A DNA stretch of 63,961 bases, filler included, from Choristocarpus tenellus KU-1152 (lineage: Eukaryota; Protista; Phaeophyceae), in assembly GCA_964200185.2 (NCBI GenBank). It is 14 parts of 14 records of this genome, joined end to end, with 100 filler letters (N's around TTAATTAATTAA, not from the genome) between each part and the next. Parts side by side here need not be neighbours in the genome. Positions count along the whole stretch, not along the records: positions 19,840 to 28,486 come from CAXNAD020004486.1; positions 28,587 to 31,228 come from CAXNAD020026028.1; positions 31,329 to 36,191 come from CAXNAD020012745.1; positions 36,292 to 44,227 come from CAXNAD020005371.1; 10 more parts are not named here. One strand, written 5' to 3'. Positions 23,556-36,444 of this stretch are shown piece after piece; position 1 is the first letter of the stretch; each line of letters opens with the position of its first letter. The notes beneath the pieces are model-generated. The model searched no databases. It was given only the letters and a program-made list of their open reading frames with translations, and was not told the DNA's origin. The position numbers and the translations under genes are program-made.

Positions 23556-26221
23556 AACATCTTCGCCAAGATAATAAAGAAGGATGAGGATGCAGAGATC
23601 GTGTTCGAAGACGAGATGGTGGTGGCTTTCAAGGATATACACCCAGCATCCACAGTGCACCTCCTCATATGCCCGAAGAATCGTGCTGTCCGTAGCATCG
23701 CCTTCCTCACTGTAGAACATGCAGACCTCCTGGAGCACATGGTGAGAAGCGATGAAACATATTTGTCAAGTTTCATATCCTCCTTATTGGAAGCCAAGAT
23801 CTGCGCCATGCGTCTTTTTTTCTGGCGCTCTTTGAAGATGGGGCAAGGGTTGTAGGTACGAAACGAGGGTAAGATGCAACCAGGAGTGGAGACCTTTCTT
23901 TGAAGACTGTTGGTTGAAAATGTGCTCTGCCAACAGTAGTTGCAAAAATGAGCCTTTGATATGCTACGGTACAAAGATTTACGTTTGCTAAATCAATTTC
24001 TGGATATGATTAACCTCCACGTCGTTTCAGAGGGCTTCATAGTATGAAGATTCGACATAGTAAATTGACCTTCAGGGGGATAAGTGATGGACCGTAGCAA
24101 CGGATCCCAGTTGAATAACAAACTAAAGCAGCTCGGAAACAACACTAAGGTGATGAACTTCTGACTCACTTACCTAGTGTTACCCCGAGAGACGAAGCAG
24201 TATCCGAGTTGCCTCGGAACGGATGCATGGTTGATTGTTCATCTCGCCACTCCTAATATTTCAGGCGATAGCCCTCACCAACAAAATAATTCCCCACTGT
24301 CCCTCAGATCACAGTTGGTAAATCTCTTCTCAAGCAAAAGGCCGGACTGACAGAAAACCAACAGGTGAGCATGGGATCGTGAAGTTGAGTTGGATGGAGT
24401 GGAGTGCAGTAAGGTATGGCACACTCTATCCCTATTATAGATAGAACTTCTGGCTCGTGCTGGTGAGGGCACCCTAGTGAGGAGTATCAATTCTAATGCC
24501 CACCCCAACTCTGCTAGCTCAACTCGTGTTTCAGGTGTATATAGTGCGATGAATTCCCTTCGTATGTTTATATGGTGGATATGAGGAATAATGTGAAATC
24601 CTTCATGGATCCAAGCACTGAAGCACAGTTTCTTTTTGCATTTCTGTTTTTTTGGGCGGGGGGGGGGGCTGTAATAATGCAGGTGGCGCAGGGTGTCATG
24701 GGCTTCCATGCGCCACCAGTACTTCAGGTGCCCCACCTTCACATGCATGCCATTGCTCCAAAAGGAAAGATGAGCTTCTGGAGCAAGCTGCACTTCATGC
24801 AAGGTTCTTTTTGGTAAGATTTTTTTTCATCTGCTCATATAGAGTTATAACGACTCAAGAGCAGATTATCAGTCTAATGTCCTAATATTTTACCGTTAAC
24901 TTGGCAGTGACTTTGTTGTGAGTTCTTACTCCTTGAAGTTTGTCTGGAGCGTGGCGGAACAATGACAGTCAACCGATTTTTACTACATCAAGAATACCTG
25001 CCTTTTCTTGAGAAGATAACATGCAACGTGCCTCAGAGGATGATTCAAAGCTAGTGTTTCCGTAGGTCGATTCATTTCTACGATGTCGGTTCCCTTTTGA
25101 TTTTTTTTTTCTTCAATATATGCCCTTTTATCCTTTAGCGCAGATATCAGAGGTGCGGACGCCCCAATAGGAAATCTCAATGTTTAATGTGCAGAATTGT
25201 GTTGACCTTTTTCCTTTCGCCACTGGTCGCAAGATAAGACTCCGAACCCCCCCGACTGTGACACCCCTTACTCTCTGACATACATGTGGGCAATCAGGGG
25301 AAGGTCGTCACTTTCTAATTATGATGGTTTTGCCAGGGACTTAACCGCACAGTAGAACATTGATACCATACCGTACATCCAGTTCCAGAATCTCTCTATA
25401 AAAACAGAGGACCTTTTTTTTTTTTTAAGCCCAGAGATGTTTTGTACAGCTAATCCGTATCACATCCTTGCAGCACGTCTTGATCATGGCAAAGTACTAT
25501 ATGGAAGAACCTGAAGTAGGAAAGGAGCCATTGTTGTTAACTCACCGTCACCGGCGTGTGGCCATTGCATGAGAATCCTGTTCTCCTTATTGCCCCTATT
25601 GTTGGAGGGAAACGCCTCCATCAGCAGTCTAAGGTCCATCCATACCTAACAAGAGTAAAATTTTTCCCTTTTTTTCGTTTTTTCTGATTGGACGAAAAAG
25701 GTCTGGGGATGCCGCACTGTCGTGATCTGTTTTCATGTTCTGGTTCTCTGCTGGCATTGTGTTCAGGTGTTCCTTGGGAATTTATTGTCTCCCATGTCAT
25801 TATTGTCATGAGATGTCTGAATGTCATCAAAATATTTTTTCTCTTCCTTCTCTACTTCTTTTAGTGTTCCAATCGGTGGAATTTTTTTATTCTTGGGAAA
25901 AGATGTGAGGTGTGACATCGGTGTTGACTGACAACAAACTATTTTTTGTCATTTTTTTGTCATGAGGTTTGAAAAACTATTTTTTTTCTTTTGAGTGGAA
26001 AAAAAAACCATTGCAATGTGTACTCTTGTTATTATCCTGAAACGACCTAAGCTAACATTAAAAAAAAATGTGGTGTGTCCTCTTTAACCCCCCCCCCCCC
26101 ACCCCCCCTTCTCTCCCGCTCCCCACCCAACATCTAACATTTGTGTTGTCCCAGGTTCCAATCTGCGGATAAGGTACTTGGGCGTCTTAAAAGTCAGCAA
26201 ACTGCTCAGATCACAATCTGA
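23556..26221 (+). CDS. HINT3: Histidine-triad nucleotide-binding protein, HINT3-like (exons 23556-23741, 24308-24364, 24683/24692-24813, 26155-26221; first exon not located)
   Basis: Spliced product NIFAKIIKKDEDAEIVFEDEMVVAFKDIHPASTVHLLICPK...LLEHM|ITVGKSLL...|GFHAPPVLQVPHLHMHAIAP...GSFW|FQSADKVLGRL...*. Contains the HxHxH triad and the HINT3-type GFHxPP motif. Confidence 0.92.
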
Positions 26222-26563
26222 GATGCTACCGTGTTTAGAATAAGGGAAAAGGAGAGGGGGGGGGAGGGGGGGCTTAAATGTACCCACCCTTCCTTGCCTT
26301 TTCTCCTGATTCCCTGCCCATGGTTGGCATTCCTGTGCAGTCCCTGTTGCCTGTGGATACCTAGTTGTGTGTGAGATATAGGGTTGGAGAGAGCGCTGGA
26401 TAGCCTCTGAAGTGAAAGCTCGCCCTGTCGAGATAAGTATAGCACCATGGAATTGGTTCTACGATTTAGGGGGCTTGAAGGGGTTATTGTAGAGAGTTAA
26501 GATAAGGCTGTGCTTCTGAAAAGGTTAAGGACTGAAGAGTTGCCTGTTGGGTGTTGCCCAACA

Positions 26564-26602
<39 letters not shown>

Positions 26603-27849
26603 CCTTTTCTTATTCTGTTCTTTTTTTGTGGTGTGTGTAGCTGAGGTGGAGGGTACGGCATTTATTACTACAGGAGGAATGCATTAACCAGGCTGAGTTT
26701 TGTGCCTGATTGGTGCGTGTGGGGAGGGTTTTGTGCCATGCCGGGAGCTCTACTGTGGACGCCTCCTCCCCTTATCTTGTTGCACGAAGATGATGCAAGA
26801 GGTGCTTGTCCTGGTGCGGGCGGGGCAATGATGCAGTTTTGTTGATGTGGCGCTTGGTGTAGTACTCTCCGTTTCCCTTGGTGTGAACTGAGCATTGAGA
26901 GGGGGGAGCTGTGGACTGCAATAGTGTTTGACGCCTTTGTCTTTTGAGTACTGTAGTTTATTTGCAAAACAGGAACCTATCATCAAACTTGGAGAGGTTT
27001 TTAGGGAGGGAAACAGTCCTGTTCTGCTTTCCCTCCGTGTAGGCCTTTTTTTTCAAGGTGTATGTACATTTACAGAGTGGGTGTCCATGCTGCTATCAAG
27101 ATAGGAACACATGGGGACGTCGGTGTATTGCCCTGCATGGATGATGGTCCCTGCCACCCAGACATCCCTTCCTGATGCATAGTACATCCTGTGTGGTCTG
27201 ATATCTCCAATGAGAGGAAGATCAAAAAGTTTTGCCCAAGATTGTGATGATGATGATGGAGTGTTGATGTGCAGGGTGTTGGAAGAGGAACCTGGTATGA
27301 TAAGTGTAAATACTGGCATTTTGTTGTTGGGAAAGGTGAAGTGCAAGTTTCATTTCTGGATGGAGGCCAGGACTTTGTGGTAGTGACTTGCGCATCTGCA
27401 GAGTACAGACCACTTACATGGAAGGTCGTCATTGGTATATGTTCTTGAATAATATATTTGAGACTGTGCAAAATGTTGGTCGTTTTTTGTGAGGAGAGCA
27501 TTTGGCACGTGTCAGTCTTCTACCAAGTGGATTTTCCTTTTTTATTATACAGTCCTGTGCGCCCTCTCGGCGGTGGGCCTTACCTGCTGCTCCATAACCT
27601 GTTGGATTACTGCTGTGAGGAGACAGCAGGAAAGACCTATTTATATAAGGGATCTTACCAAAGAACATTTATTTGAACACCGGTCAACTGTGCTTGCTGG
27701 TTTGTTTTTTCAGATTCCGTAAACAGAGTCTGTGCTAAGGGATACTTGCTACGTACGTACAATGTATGGACACAAAACCAAAAAACAGAAAGCAAGGCAA
27801 GCTCTCTCTCCCTTGTCAACAATTCCAGTTGTGTCTATCATCACTACAT

Positions 27850-28107
27850 GAGCCGAAGTATCTTAAAAGGTAGAGCCGCGTCTATTTGGGGGCCAAAGTC
27901 CAATGTTGCAATTTTGATGTTATTTTGGCTATTGTGTGTGTTAGGAAGTGTCAATATCGATGTTCTGGACACACCTTTTAATAACATGTACATTTTACCT
28001 ACTCTGAAACAATTTGGAGAGGGAAAATGTTATAAAACGCCCATGGGAAGCCAAGCCCCAAATGGACAAACAGGGCAAAACTCGTACCCTCTAAGATACT
28101 TTCAATC
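27850..28107 (+). mobile_element. Sola2-like MITE copy
   Basis: GAGCCGAAGTATCTTAAAAGGTA ... TACCCTCTAAGATACTTTCAATC, 258 bp. Confidence 0.92.
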
Positions 28108-29400
28108 AATAACTTTTTCGAATGTAAGATTCAGAAATAACAAATAGTATAGTTCGAAAGCCAATTACTCCGGCTTGCACATAGATATCTAGACATAGAT
28201 ATCTTTAACATATATTTTCCTTTCGAAATGGTTGAGAAAAAGCCCCCTGAACACAAGTGCTATTTTTCGGAAATGGCAGATATAGCAAAAACAGCTAAAT
28301 CGGCTAAAAGTGACTGAAAATGATGGTTAATTGCCCATAACGTCTCAACTAGACCTTCGATCAAGACATGGTTAGTTGCATTGGATTCCTTGGGCTCAAA
28401 GCATCTGGGGGGGGGGTCTACACCAGGGTATCCATTCGGGCCCTGACCAGGAGATGTTCGCTTACATTATCCATCCGATGAATGCANNNNNNNNNNNNNN
28501 NNNNNNNNNNNNNNNNNNNNNNNNNNNNNNTTAATTAATTAANNNNNNNNNNNNNNNNNNNNNNNNNNNNNNNNNNNNNNNNNNNNGCAATTTTTTGGGA
28601 ATATTTTTTTTAGTCACCTACACAATTTTTCTGGGGGGATAATTTTAAAGGGGGAGAACAACCCCCCCCCCCCCCCCCCCCCCTCCTCCCTCATGGATAG
28701 CACTCACTCTTTGTTGTAACTTACTAAAGCACATTCTACGTCACCATCTTGTCCTTAGTGGTGAACCAGTACAATCTTTGGTAGTGTGCAAACAGGGTTC
28801 CACCTGTAGCGAGAATCAACTATGGTTTCAATGTTTGACAGCTGACCCGCGATTAAAACTCAAGACAGTCACAGCAAGGGTAGGCAGGTGCCACAACCGA
28901 TGCATCTCTTTGGAACCAATACTTCTAAAAAAAAAAAATTGCAGAAGGTTGTTGACATTTAGACACATAGCGAATACTTGGACCCTCCAGCCACGCTGCA
29001 TGTCAGGCCCTGAGTCAAGAAGTGGCTTTTAATACTCCCTCCTACGAATGACTCTCCACATGCTTCTTGAAAATTTAGATAGGGTAAGAGTTTGGACTGG
29101 GTTGTATAAAAACAGCGAGCATTGCATGTAAAGAGAGTCACTCACTCAAGAATCACAAACGTGACATGAGTCAACTGAGACCATCGTCTAACCAAATCTA
29201 ACATAAGAACTAAATAATTTTACGTACTCCAAGCTCATGAAACTCATCATAGAACACTCCCAGAAAAATGCTCATCTCTCTAATTTAAAAATTTGGGGGG
29301 TGTCTCAACCCGCCCTCACAGCAAAGATCAACCAGAGCACCCTCGTCATGAAATTCCAAACCTCATAAATAAACAACATGCCTCCCACATTTGAGGAAAC

Positions 29401-30140
29401 CTAGTCACGGTGTGTGCCTGTGAGGGGGCTTCTCCACCCCTGGATTGGTGGGTCATCGTAGGACTCGTGACTCGTAACAACACAGCCAGGGTGATCAAGT
29501 TCATATTCACCACAGCATGACCAAAAGTACTCAAGTCCAGAGGTGTCAACATCGTTCACACGATTCAATCTCCCTGTGAAAATCCCAGGGTGAAACCTTG
29601 TGAAGAAAAGTGTGAAGAAGGGAAAATAAGCAGGATAGAGACTGGGTGAGGGGGGAGGGGAGGGACTGGATTTGGGCGATGAATATACCTATACAATACC
29701 TCCTTCATCTCATCTCAATAAGAGAAAATAATTTTAGGTATTTTGAATTGCTGACGAAATACGGAACATTAAAAAATATACAGCAAATGACTAACAGTAC
29801 AAAAAGTGATACTACGCTCTCCCTACAAGACGTATCCTATAGCCTCGATCCATCTTAAAAAATAACCACCCCTCCCCCATCTGGTGATGAGGTAGGGCGG
29901 CGCTTAGTTCCCCTTACTGCGTTACCCTTACCGGCAAGCCTCATCGTTGTTGTCCTCGGGGTAGAACTGGCTATGGCAGTTACGACAGGTCCTCAACGTC
30001 TTTCCTTCTGAGGTCATAGGTGATTTGTCATCACCACTGTCCACGCCCCCTGCGAAGTACAGACCCTTTCGTCCTGCCCTGGGAACTCCCAAGGGTGTGG
30101 TAGAGGCGACTGAGTAGGCAGCAGCACCGACTTCGAGTTG
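29401..30140 (-). CDS. Small Cys/His zinc-binding protein, CHORD-like (exons ~30140-29932 and 29596-29401; 5' end uncertain)
   Basis: Spliced RTCRNCHSQFYPEDNNDEACR|FHPGIFTGRLNRVNDVDTSGLEYFWSCCGEYELDHPGCVVTSHESYDD...*, with a CG|GTAAG donor and CAAG|G acceptor in phase. Confidence 0.82.
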
Positions 30141-30950
30141 GAGAGGTAGGGACGGAAAACGGGACAGAACGGCATAGAGATTCTTGTAAGCCCATTGGGA
30201 AGACAGCAATCAACCGATGTGAATAGCGCTATGTAGGCAGCACTCTCAAGGAGGAAGGGCGTAAGCAACAGCAGGATTGAAGTGGAGGGGTGTCTACATT
30301 GTAATGCCTTAGGGAAGGAGGTGGGTTACTAAGAAACGTGGAAACGAGAGGACCATTCTTCCATTTTGTGCAAGGTCATAAAGCGTAGAAGACTGAGGAA
30401 AGTTCATCGAGGTCATCGTTCTTTGTCTTGACAAAGGTGCTGTACGGCAACAATACTAACCAGTAGCATCATCTGCAAACCATGTATCTTTCCTCGGGAA
30501 TGGTAGACACGAATAAACCCTCTACTGTGAATATCTCTGAAAGACAAGTAACTGTGCAGCGAGTACACAATCAAGTCGCCAATAGCCAATGCGAAAAATA
30601 GAGGGTAGTGTCATTCATGGTTTGAAAGTATCAGAGGCAGAGGATATCACTTTCTCCTATGAAACATTTGAGAAGTAGTGCTTGTCAGCACTCCACGAGA
30701 CCTTATGATACTGAAAAATATCGCAACTCTATCCTCATGTACAGCCAGACATACCTTCACATGCCATCCCTTGTACTCTTCCAGAGCTAAGGCCAACGAA
30801 GGCTGATGCTCTGCCCGCAAGAGCGCAGGCAAATAGGTAAGCAATCCTCATGTTAAGGCGTAACTGACCAGAACCAAACTCAGTATAGAGAAAACTAACT
30901 TCTCATCCAAACTAATACTATAAACAATATTTTTATTGTAATATGTAGTA

Positions 30951-31228
30951 CAGTGCCTACACCGATTTTATACCAACTATGATGTACTAAACCCATTGTT
31001 GTACCGCTTTTCTCGACAAAAAATAGGCTTTTGTACCGGAATTCTCGTATTCGGGCGATTTGGTACAAACTCGGGGAGATATTCACGCGAGTTTGGCGCG
31101 CGCATAAACATTTCTCGCGAAAAGTGCCTTTCTTCCTGAGTCATGATCACAGAGCAGTACAGTACGTTGCTGGTAGAGGAATAAAGTGGAAGCCATGCCG
31201 TGTGCCGCGGGAAACCTCTGCAAGATGC
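30951..31228 (+). mobile_element. End of a Tc1/mariner-pogo type TIR element
   Basis: TA|CAGTGCCTACACCG... terminus. A near-identical reverse-complement copy at 44328-44580 ends ...GTAGGTACTG|TA. Confidence 0.8.
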
Positions 31229-31366
31229 NNNNNNNNNNNNNNNNNNNNNNNNNNNNNNNNNNNNNNNNNNNNTTAATTAATTAANNNNNNNNNNNNNNNN
31301 NNNNNNNNNNNNNNNNNNNNNNNNNNNNGCCCCTTTTTGAATGGGAATCCGTGCCGAAGGTGGTAG

Positions 31367-33165
31367 TAGGACATACTTAATTGATCTTGTACGTTTCCAA
31401 TTTTCCGAAACCAAAGGGTAAAAAAAAACTGGCACCCTACAATTTTTTAAGTACAAAATCTTAAATTGTTGGACATTTGTATTCTTAATAATACTAGAGA
31501 CGACAAAAAGGGGTTCTTGAGTTTCGGTGATTTCTCTTTCTGTTGACAATTGTGTTTTATGAAAAAAGAAATATCGAACAGCATACGATTACATATTGAA
31601 AAGAGACAGAGAGTAACAGTTTTCTGTGACCTTCTCGTTTCGTATGTTTCCAAACATATTGGATCAATGAAGTATGTGGTTTGTATTTGTATTTGTTAAT
31701 GTAAAGATTAGAATATCATTATTATTTCGTAATAACCCTAACGCACGTGTTTTGACTGTTCAATAGTTTTATTGATCCAATTGTGTTACAAAAAATACGA
31801 TTATCGAACAGCATACGATTTCATGTTGAAAAGAGAGAGAGTAACTGTTTTTTTGTGACCTTTTCGTTTCGTACGTTTGAAACGTATTGGATCAATGAAG
31901 GATGTGGTTTGTATTTGCATTTGCTGATGTAAAGATTAGAATATCATTATTATTTCGTAAAAACCCTAATGCATGTGTTTTGGCTCTTGCTGGGTTTAGA
32001 ACATCCAAATGGATCTTGAAAACTATAGATCCGCTTTTTTTTTGGTCTCTTGTATTTTGAAAAATACTAAGGTCGCCATTGAGACCCATAAAGTGCATGC
32101 TTGGTATTTATAAAAACGGTAAGAACGGTTATTACTGGATTTACTATTTCAAAAAATCCTCATACACGTGTTTTGGGTGTCCTTGAGTTTTGGAGAACGA
32201 AACGGACCTTCAATAATCAAGGAACCCCTTTTTGTCGTCTGCAGAGCTTTTAAGAATGCATATGTCCAACAATTTAAGATTTTGTATTAAAAAAAATAAG
32301 AGGTTGCCACTTTTTTTTTACCTTTTGGTTTCTGAACATTGGAAACGTACAAGATCAATGAAGTATGTGCTTTGTATTATAAAAAATTGTAAGTACGGGT
32401 CTAATCTGATTTACAACTTCCGAAATTTTTTTTGTAAGATTTTCAGGATCATGGATCTCAGGACGGGACCAACGGATTGCCCGGAGCTCAGACAAAGTTG
32501 GTTTCGGAACATTGGAAACGTACAATATCAATTAAGTATGTGATTTGTATTTTTTAAAATTGTAAGTACGGATATTGTGCAATATAGGCTGATAGTCTAT
32601 ATGGTTTATAGGTGTTTAGTCACTATCAGATAACAAGAATGTTGACTAAGTGGAACAAGCGTCACCGACTTTTTTGCGTGTGCTTAGAGTAATAAGTTCG
32701 AATCTCAGATAATTGAGTTCTTATTACTTTGTTGCTTGATAGAAATAGAGGGATGGAGGGTTACTGACATAGTACTAGCTACACAGGATAAAGTGACATA
32801 TTTAGATGTAACAGCAGGATACGTTTTGATGTGTTGTCAGCTGACTGACGTGTCAGCTGACATATGCAATAAACAATAATAAGAGAGAGCACCCTCCCAC
32901 CACCGAGGGCTGTGCTCACTCCGCTAATAAATACACCCATACCGCAAAAAGCAAAATACTCTACTTGAGTAGCTCTCTTTTGCGAAGATATAATCGGATT
33001 TACAACTTCCGAAAACCGTAATCCACGGATTTTCAGGATCATGGATCTCAGGGTGGTCCCACGGATCGCCCGGAGCTCAAACAAAGTTCATACGCCCGCC
33101 TTCGAATGTAATCACTCCTAGACCTTCTCACTGCCCAAGACCGCCTGTTGCCCGAAAACACCATG
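31367..33165. mobile_element. Second, rearranged copy of the Sola/ParB intergenic repeat array, with the transposase leader truncated at the ATG
   Basis: 33030-33165 is the reverse complement of ~17768-17905 (GGATCATGGATCTCAGGGTGGTCCCACGGATCGCCC...CTCCTAGACCTTCTCACTGCCCAAGACCGCCTGTTGCCCGAAAACACCATG). Several array units lie upstream; the first (31367-31530) is inverted relative to the rest. Confidence 0.85.
32576..32986 (+). mobile_element. Solo LTR with 5-bp TSD GATAT
   Basis: TGTGCAATATAGG ... TTTGCGAA, flanked by GATAT at 32571-32575 and 32987-32991. The start resembles the copia LTR at 43629, and an empty site is visible at ~32385-32420. Confidence 0.8.
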
Positions 33166-33399
33166 ACAAGTCCAACAACTTGCCCGAGAAAATAGATAAA
33201 TGCATATCGGCGTATCTGACATGGTGTGGGGGGGGGCAGATCACAACAAACCATATCTCAGGCATGACCATGAAGAAACTGGGATGATGCAAGATCAAGC
33301 CAATAATATCAGCACTTCGTTGATAGTAGAAATAGGAGTGAATTGAAAAAATATGAAAAGAATGGTTTAAAATGCTTTAGAGCCAAACCTGGGTACCTC

Positions 33400-34500
33400 T
33401 CCTTCACTTTGGACCTCAACTAATCGCAGCAACTACATAGGATCGTGCACAGGTAGGTATGATAATGTGTTACGTACGTAATCTGGGGTATATATGCATG
33501 TAATATTTTGACTGACTGCAAGACATCTCTATCCCAGCCGCCTATACAGTATCTCGCAGCTTTGAATGACCTGCCTGGTGGGTTACATTCTAAGCGTTTG
33601 TTGTCCTGGATTAATCTAACTTTGATTAGGGCGACATTACTACCATGAACAGGAAAAAAATGTGATCTATGCATACTTGTGTGTTCTAAGCATACACTGG
33701 ATCATTCTCTATCTGACCGTGAGATAGAACTCCATACACGACATAATTTATATATTCATCACTCGAAGGATGCCTTTATACTCCAGAGTACTTCAAGTGT
33801 GATGTTTGCGATGTAGTGCAATTATTGTTTCCACTAACCCTCCTTATCGTCTAAGGAATATGATGATTTGATCTTTTGTTGCTGTACCTTCTAACGTTCA
33901 ACGCATAAAGTTCTTTTCCACCAAGGGAGAACAAATACACTCTTGGTCAAGCCTTTTCCATACAATTAGAAACTATCTCTACCCACACGAATTTCGAACA
34001 AACACATAAAATTTGACACAATTAGTTTTCGTGCCGTTTCCACAATGACGAATTTATGTACCAACAAGATCACTATATTCTCCAAGCATTGTACTCTCGA
34101 ATCAAGTCCGTCCATACATCCCAGTTCACCCAACAGCAATTGAGGACTGGACAGACCATTTCCCCACTCCCAATGATTGACCAGAGCATTGTGTTCTCCC
34201 ATTTAGCGCAGCTTTCACAATACTTGTGTATAGAGCTCATACCGCAGAATGAGCACATAGGCAGTCTTAGAGTCCACTATCTGCCTGTTGGTTGAAAAGG
34301 CTGATTGGTGTTATCACACTTACCAACTATAGCAAGTAAATTTCTGTCCTCAGTACATTGTCAAGACCTTACAAGCACAACACCTGTAAATAGACAGCAC
34401 AGGTACATGTCTGAATTTGTGTAAGCCCAGGGTCTGTTTGACCTTGCAGATGAAGGCTCATGAATTCTCCTTCAGGATGATATGTGGTCAATGAATGCTA
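33400..34500 (-). mobile_element. Decayed LINE reverse-transcriptase remnant
   Basis: Degenerate RT motifs in order: YTSIVKAALNG, GNGLSSPQLLL...MDGL (~QG..LSP.LF...MD), ILLVHKFVIVETARKL (~LLYADD.V.VAET..KL). Confidence 0.5.
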
Positions 34501-35129
34501 CAAGAGAAGGCATGCAATGGCATGCCACTACGCCTATCTACAACTATGTTAAGTTGCAAACGTTTCAGATGACTCCATGACCGTCCAACTATATAATCAA
34601 CCTCCTCTGGTTGGCTATCAACACCACATTCACACCTCAGCCAAACATCGATCACACTGCAGCAGTAGCACAACTGGAAAAGACACTGCAAGGCAGTGAT
34701 GAACTACACGCCCACAGAGATCGGGATGGCAAGCCTATTTGAGTGTGAGTTTGGTACACGAACAAGACCTTTGCCTTCTACACAACCATTCGAGTGCGTG
34801 GTCTTAGTAAAGAGACCTAAAACGACTGCCACCATTGGCACACGCTCCATCTCTGTATGGTACAGCCCACTTCCAAAAAGTCCCCTTTCCTACGAACTCT
34901 CCAACCAAACCACAAATCCACACACACAATCATTTGAATGATACAACTTGGAGACCCCTAGGACTCTTTCAATTGTCTGCCATGCACCTCTATATATGTT
35001 TCAAGTCTCACTTCACTTCCCCCAAGGAGCGTCAACAGCAAACCCAAAGTGGGGTATATAGTAGCGTGGTAGTGGCAAAAGGGAGCCTAGGACACAGGGT
35101 TGGGGGAGGGGGGAAGGGGGAGGGATAGG

Positions 35130-35130
<1 letters not shown>

Positions 35131-35161
<31 letters not shown>
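35131..35161. repeat. (GA)n microsatellite
   Basis: Direct observation. Confidence 0.9.
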
Positions 35162-35165
<4 letters not shown>

Positions 35166-35214
35166 CTTCACTAAATTCCTAGGAATCCACCATTTCTCGA
35201 TTTCAGACCCAATC

Positions 35215-35932
35215 TTATGAAGACAAGTCTTCCTTTGCTTTTCGATCAGCATCAGCCTTTCGGCGCTGAATTACATCAAAATTGTACAAGCGTGCCATAT
35301 TGACCTCAACAGTGATACTCTGGCTCCGAAGGAACTCCAAGTCTTCTTGTGTTGTCTTCTGCTCAGGAACATTCGGTGCAGGTGGGGGGTGGGGTAGCTT
35401 AGGTGGCTAGCTAAGTGAGGAAGCTTTGATACAGAAGACCACAATTTCGATATACTTCAAATTACAATGTACAAAGTACATACTTCTTGAACGGACTGCA
35501 GTACTGTACTGTACTGTGCATGTACCATCCCCACTCACACTGAGGCCCCTGTTGTCCAGTACTAATCAAAGTACCAATGATGGAGTCTGCTGTGGCATTA
35601 CCACAATGGGAACAAACTAAATGACAGCATGCAAGACGGCTCACGAGGTGTCCTGCCACCCAGAAGTGTCTGCAGGCACCTCTCCCAAGCCCCCTCTAGC
35701 CACCGCTTGAAGGGGTAGCAAGAAAAAGGGTTGTCTGCAACATTCCGGAACCATCAACTCCATGCCGACCCACTATCCTTGAATGGCCGTTACAGTCCAG
35801 GCAAGAAGCAATCGAGAACTCAGAGGGTGCAAGGGGACTGACTGGGATCACCTGCTTCTCCACGGCGTTGCCAAGGTTGGTCTCAAGCAGCTCAACCGCC
35901 TCATCGTATGAGTACTCCACCATTACAGATGC
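35215..35932 (-). CDS. PFDN3: Prefoldin subunit 3 (last two exons, 35932-35852 and 35358-35215)
   Basis: ASVMVEYSYDEAVELLETNLGNAVEKQ|KTTQEDLEFLRSQSITVEVNMARLYNFDVIQRRK...* matches the VBP1/PFDN3 C-terminus (ANVMLEY..DEA..LL..N...A; EDLdFLRdQ.TT.EVNMARvYNwDV). Confidence 0.95.
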
Positions 35933-36444
35933 CTTCATTGGAGTAGATCGAGAGCACGGCAAAGGTCTGGTAAGGAAAACAAAACTGCACTTTTCAAATA
36001 GTCATCCGTAACACGCTCCAGAGCCATAACGCAGGGGGGTCAAGTCCGTGGGCTCTGCCCTGAAAATGTACACCATAGCTGAGGTGTCTAACTTAAAAAA
36101 ATAGTTGAAAAAAAAAATAGTACTTTTTTTTTTTTTGGAAGGAACAGAAAAACAACACCAATACTTGCACCTAGCTACTCGGGGCCTCCAANNNNNNNNN
36201 NNNNNNNNNNNNNNNNNNNNNNNNNNNNNNNNNNNTTAATTAATTAANNNNNNNNNNNNNNNNNNNNNNNNNNNNNNNNNNNNNNNNNNNNGTGAAAAAC
36301 GGACGCCGACACCCCCCCCAGATACTTTTAGCAGTTTTGGAGAGGTATATTTTACACCAATGAAAACTGTTATTTTTACAGGGGTCCTAGTGATATTGGT
36401 TTGGGCTTTAAAATGATATATGGTGTCCATCACAACACAAACTC

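Noticed and set aside
27746-28147. ORFs reading through MITE copies (also 12022-12216, 50416-50760)
   Set aside because: Chance open frames that are not conserved between copies.
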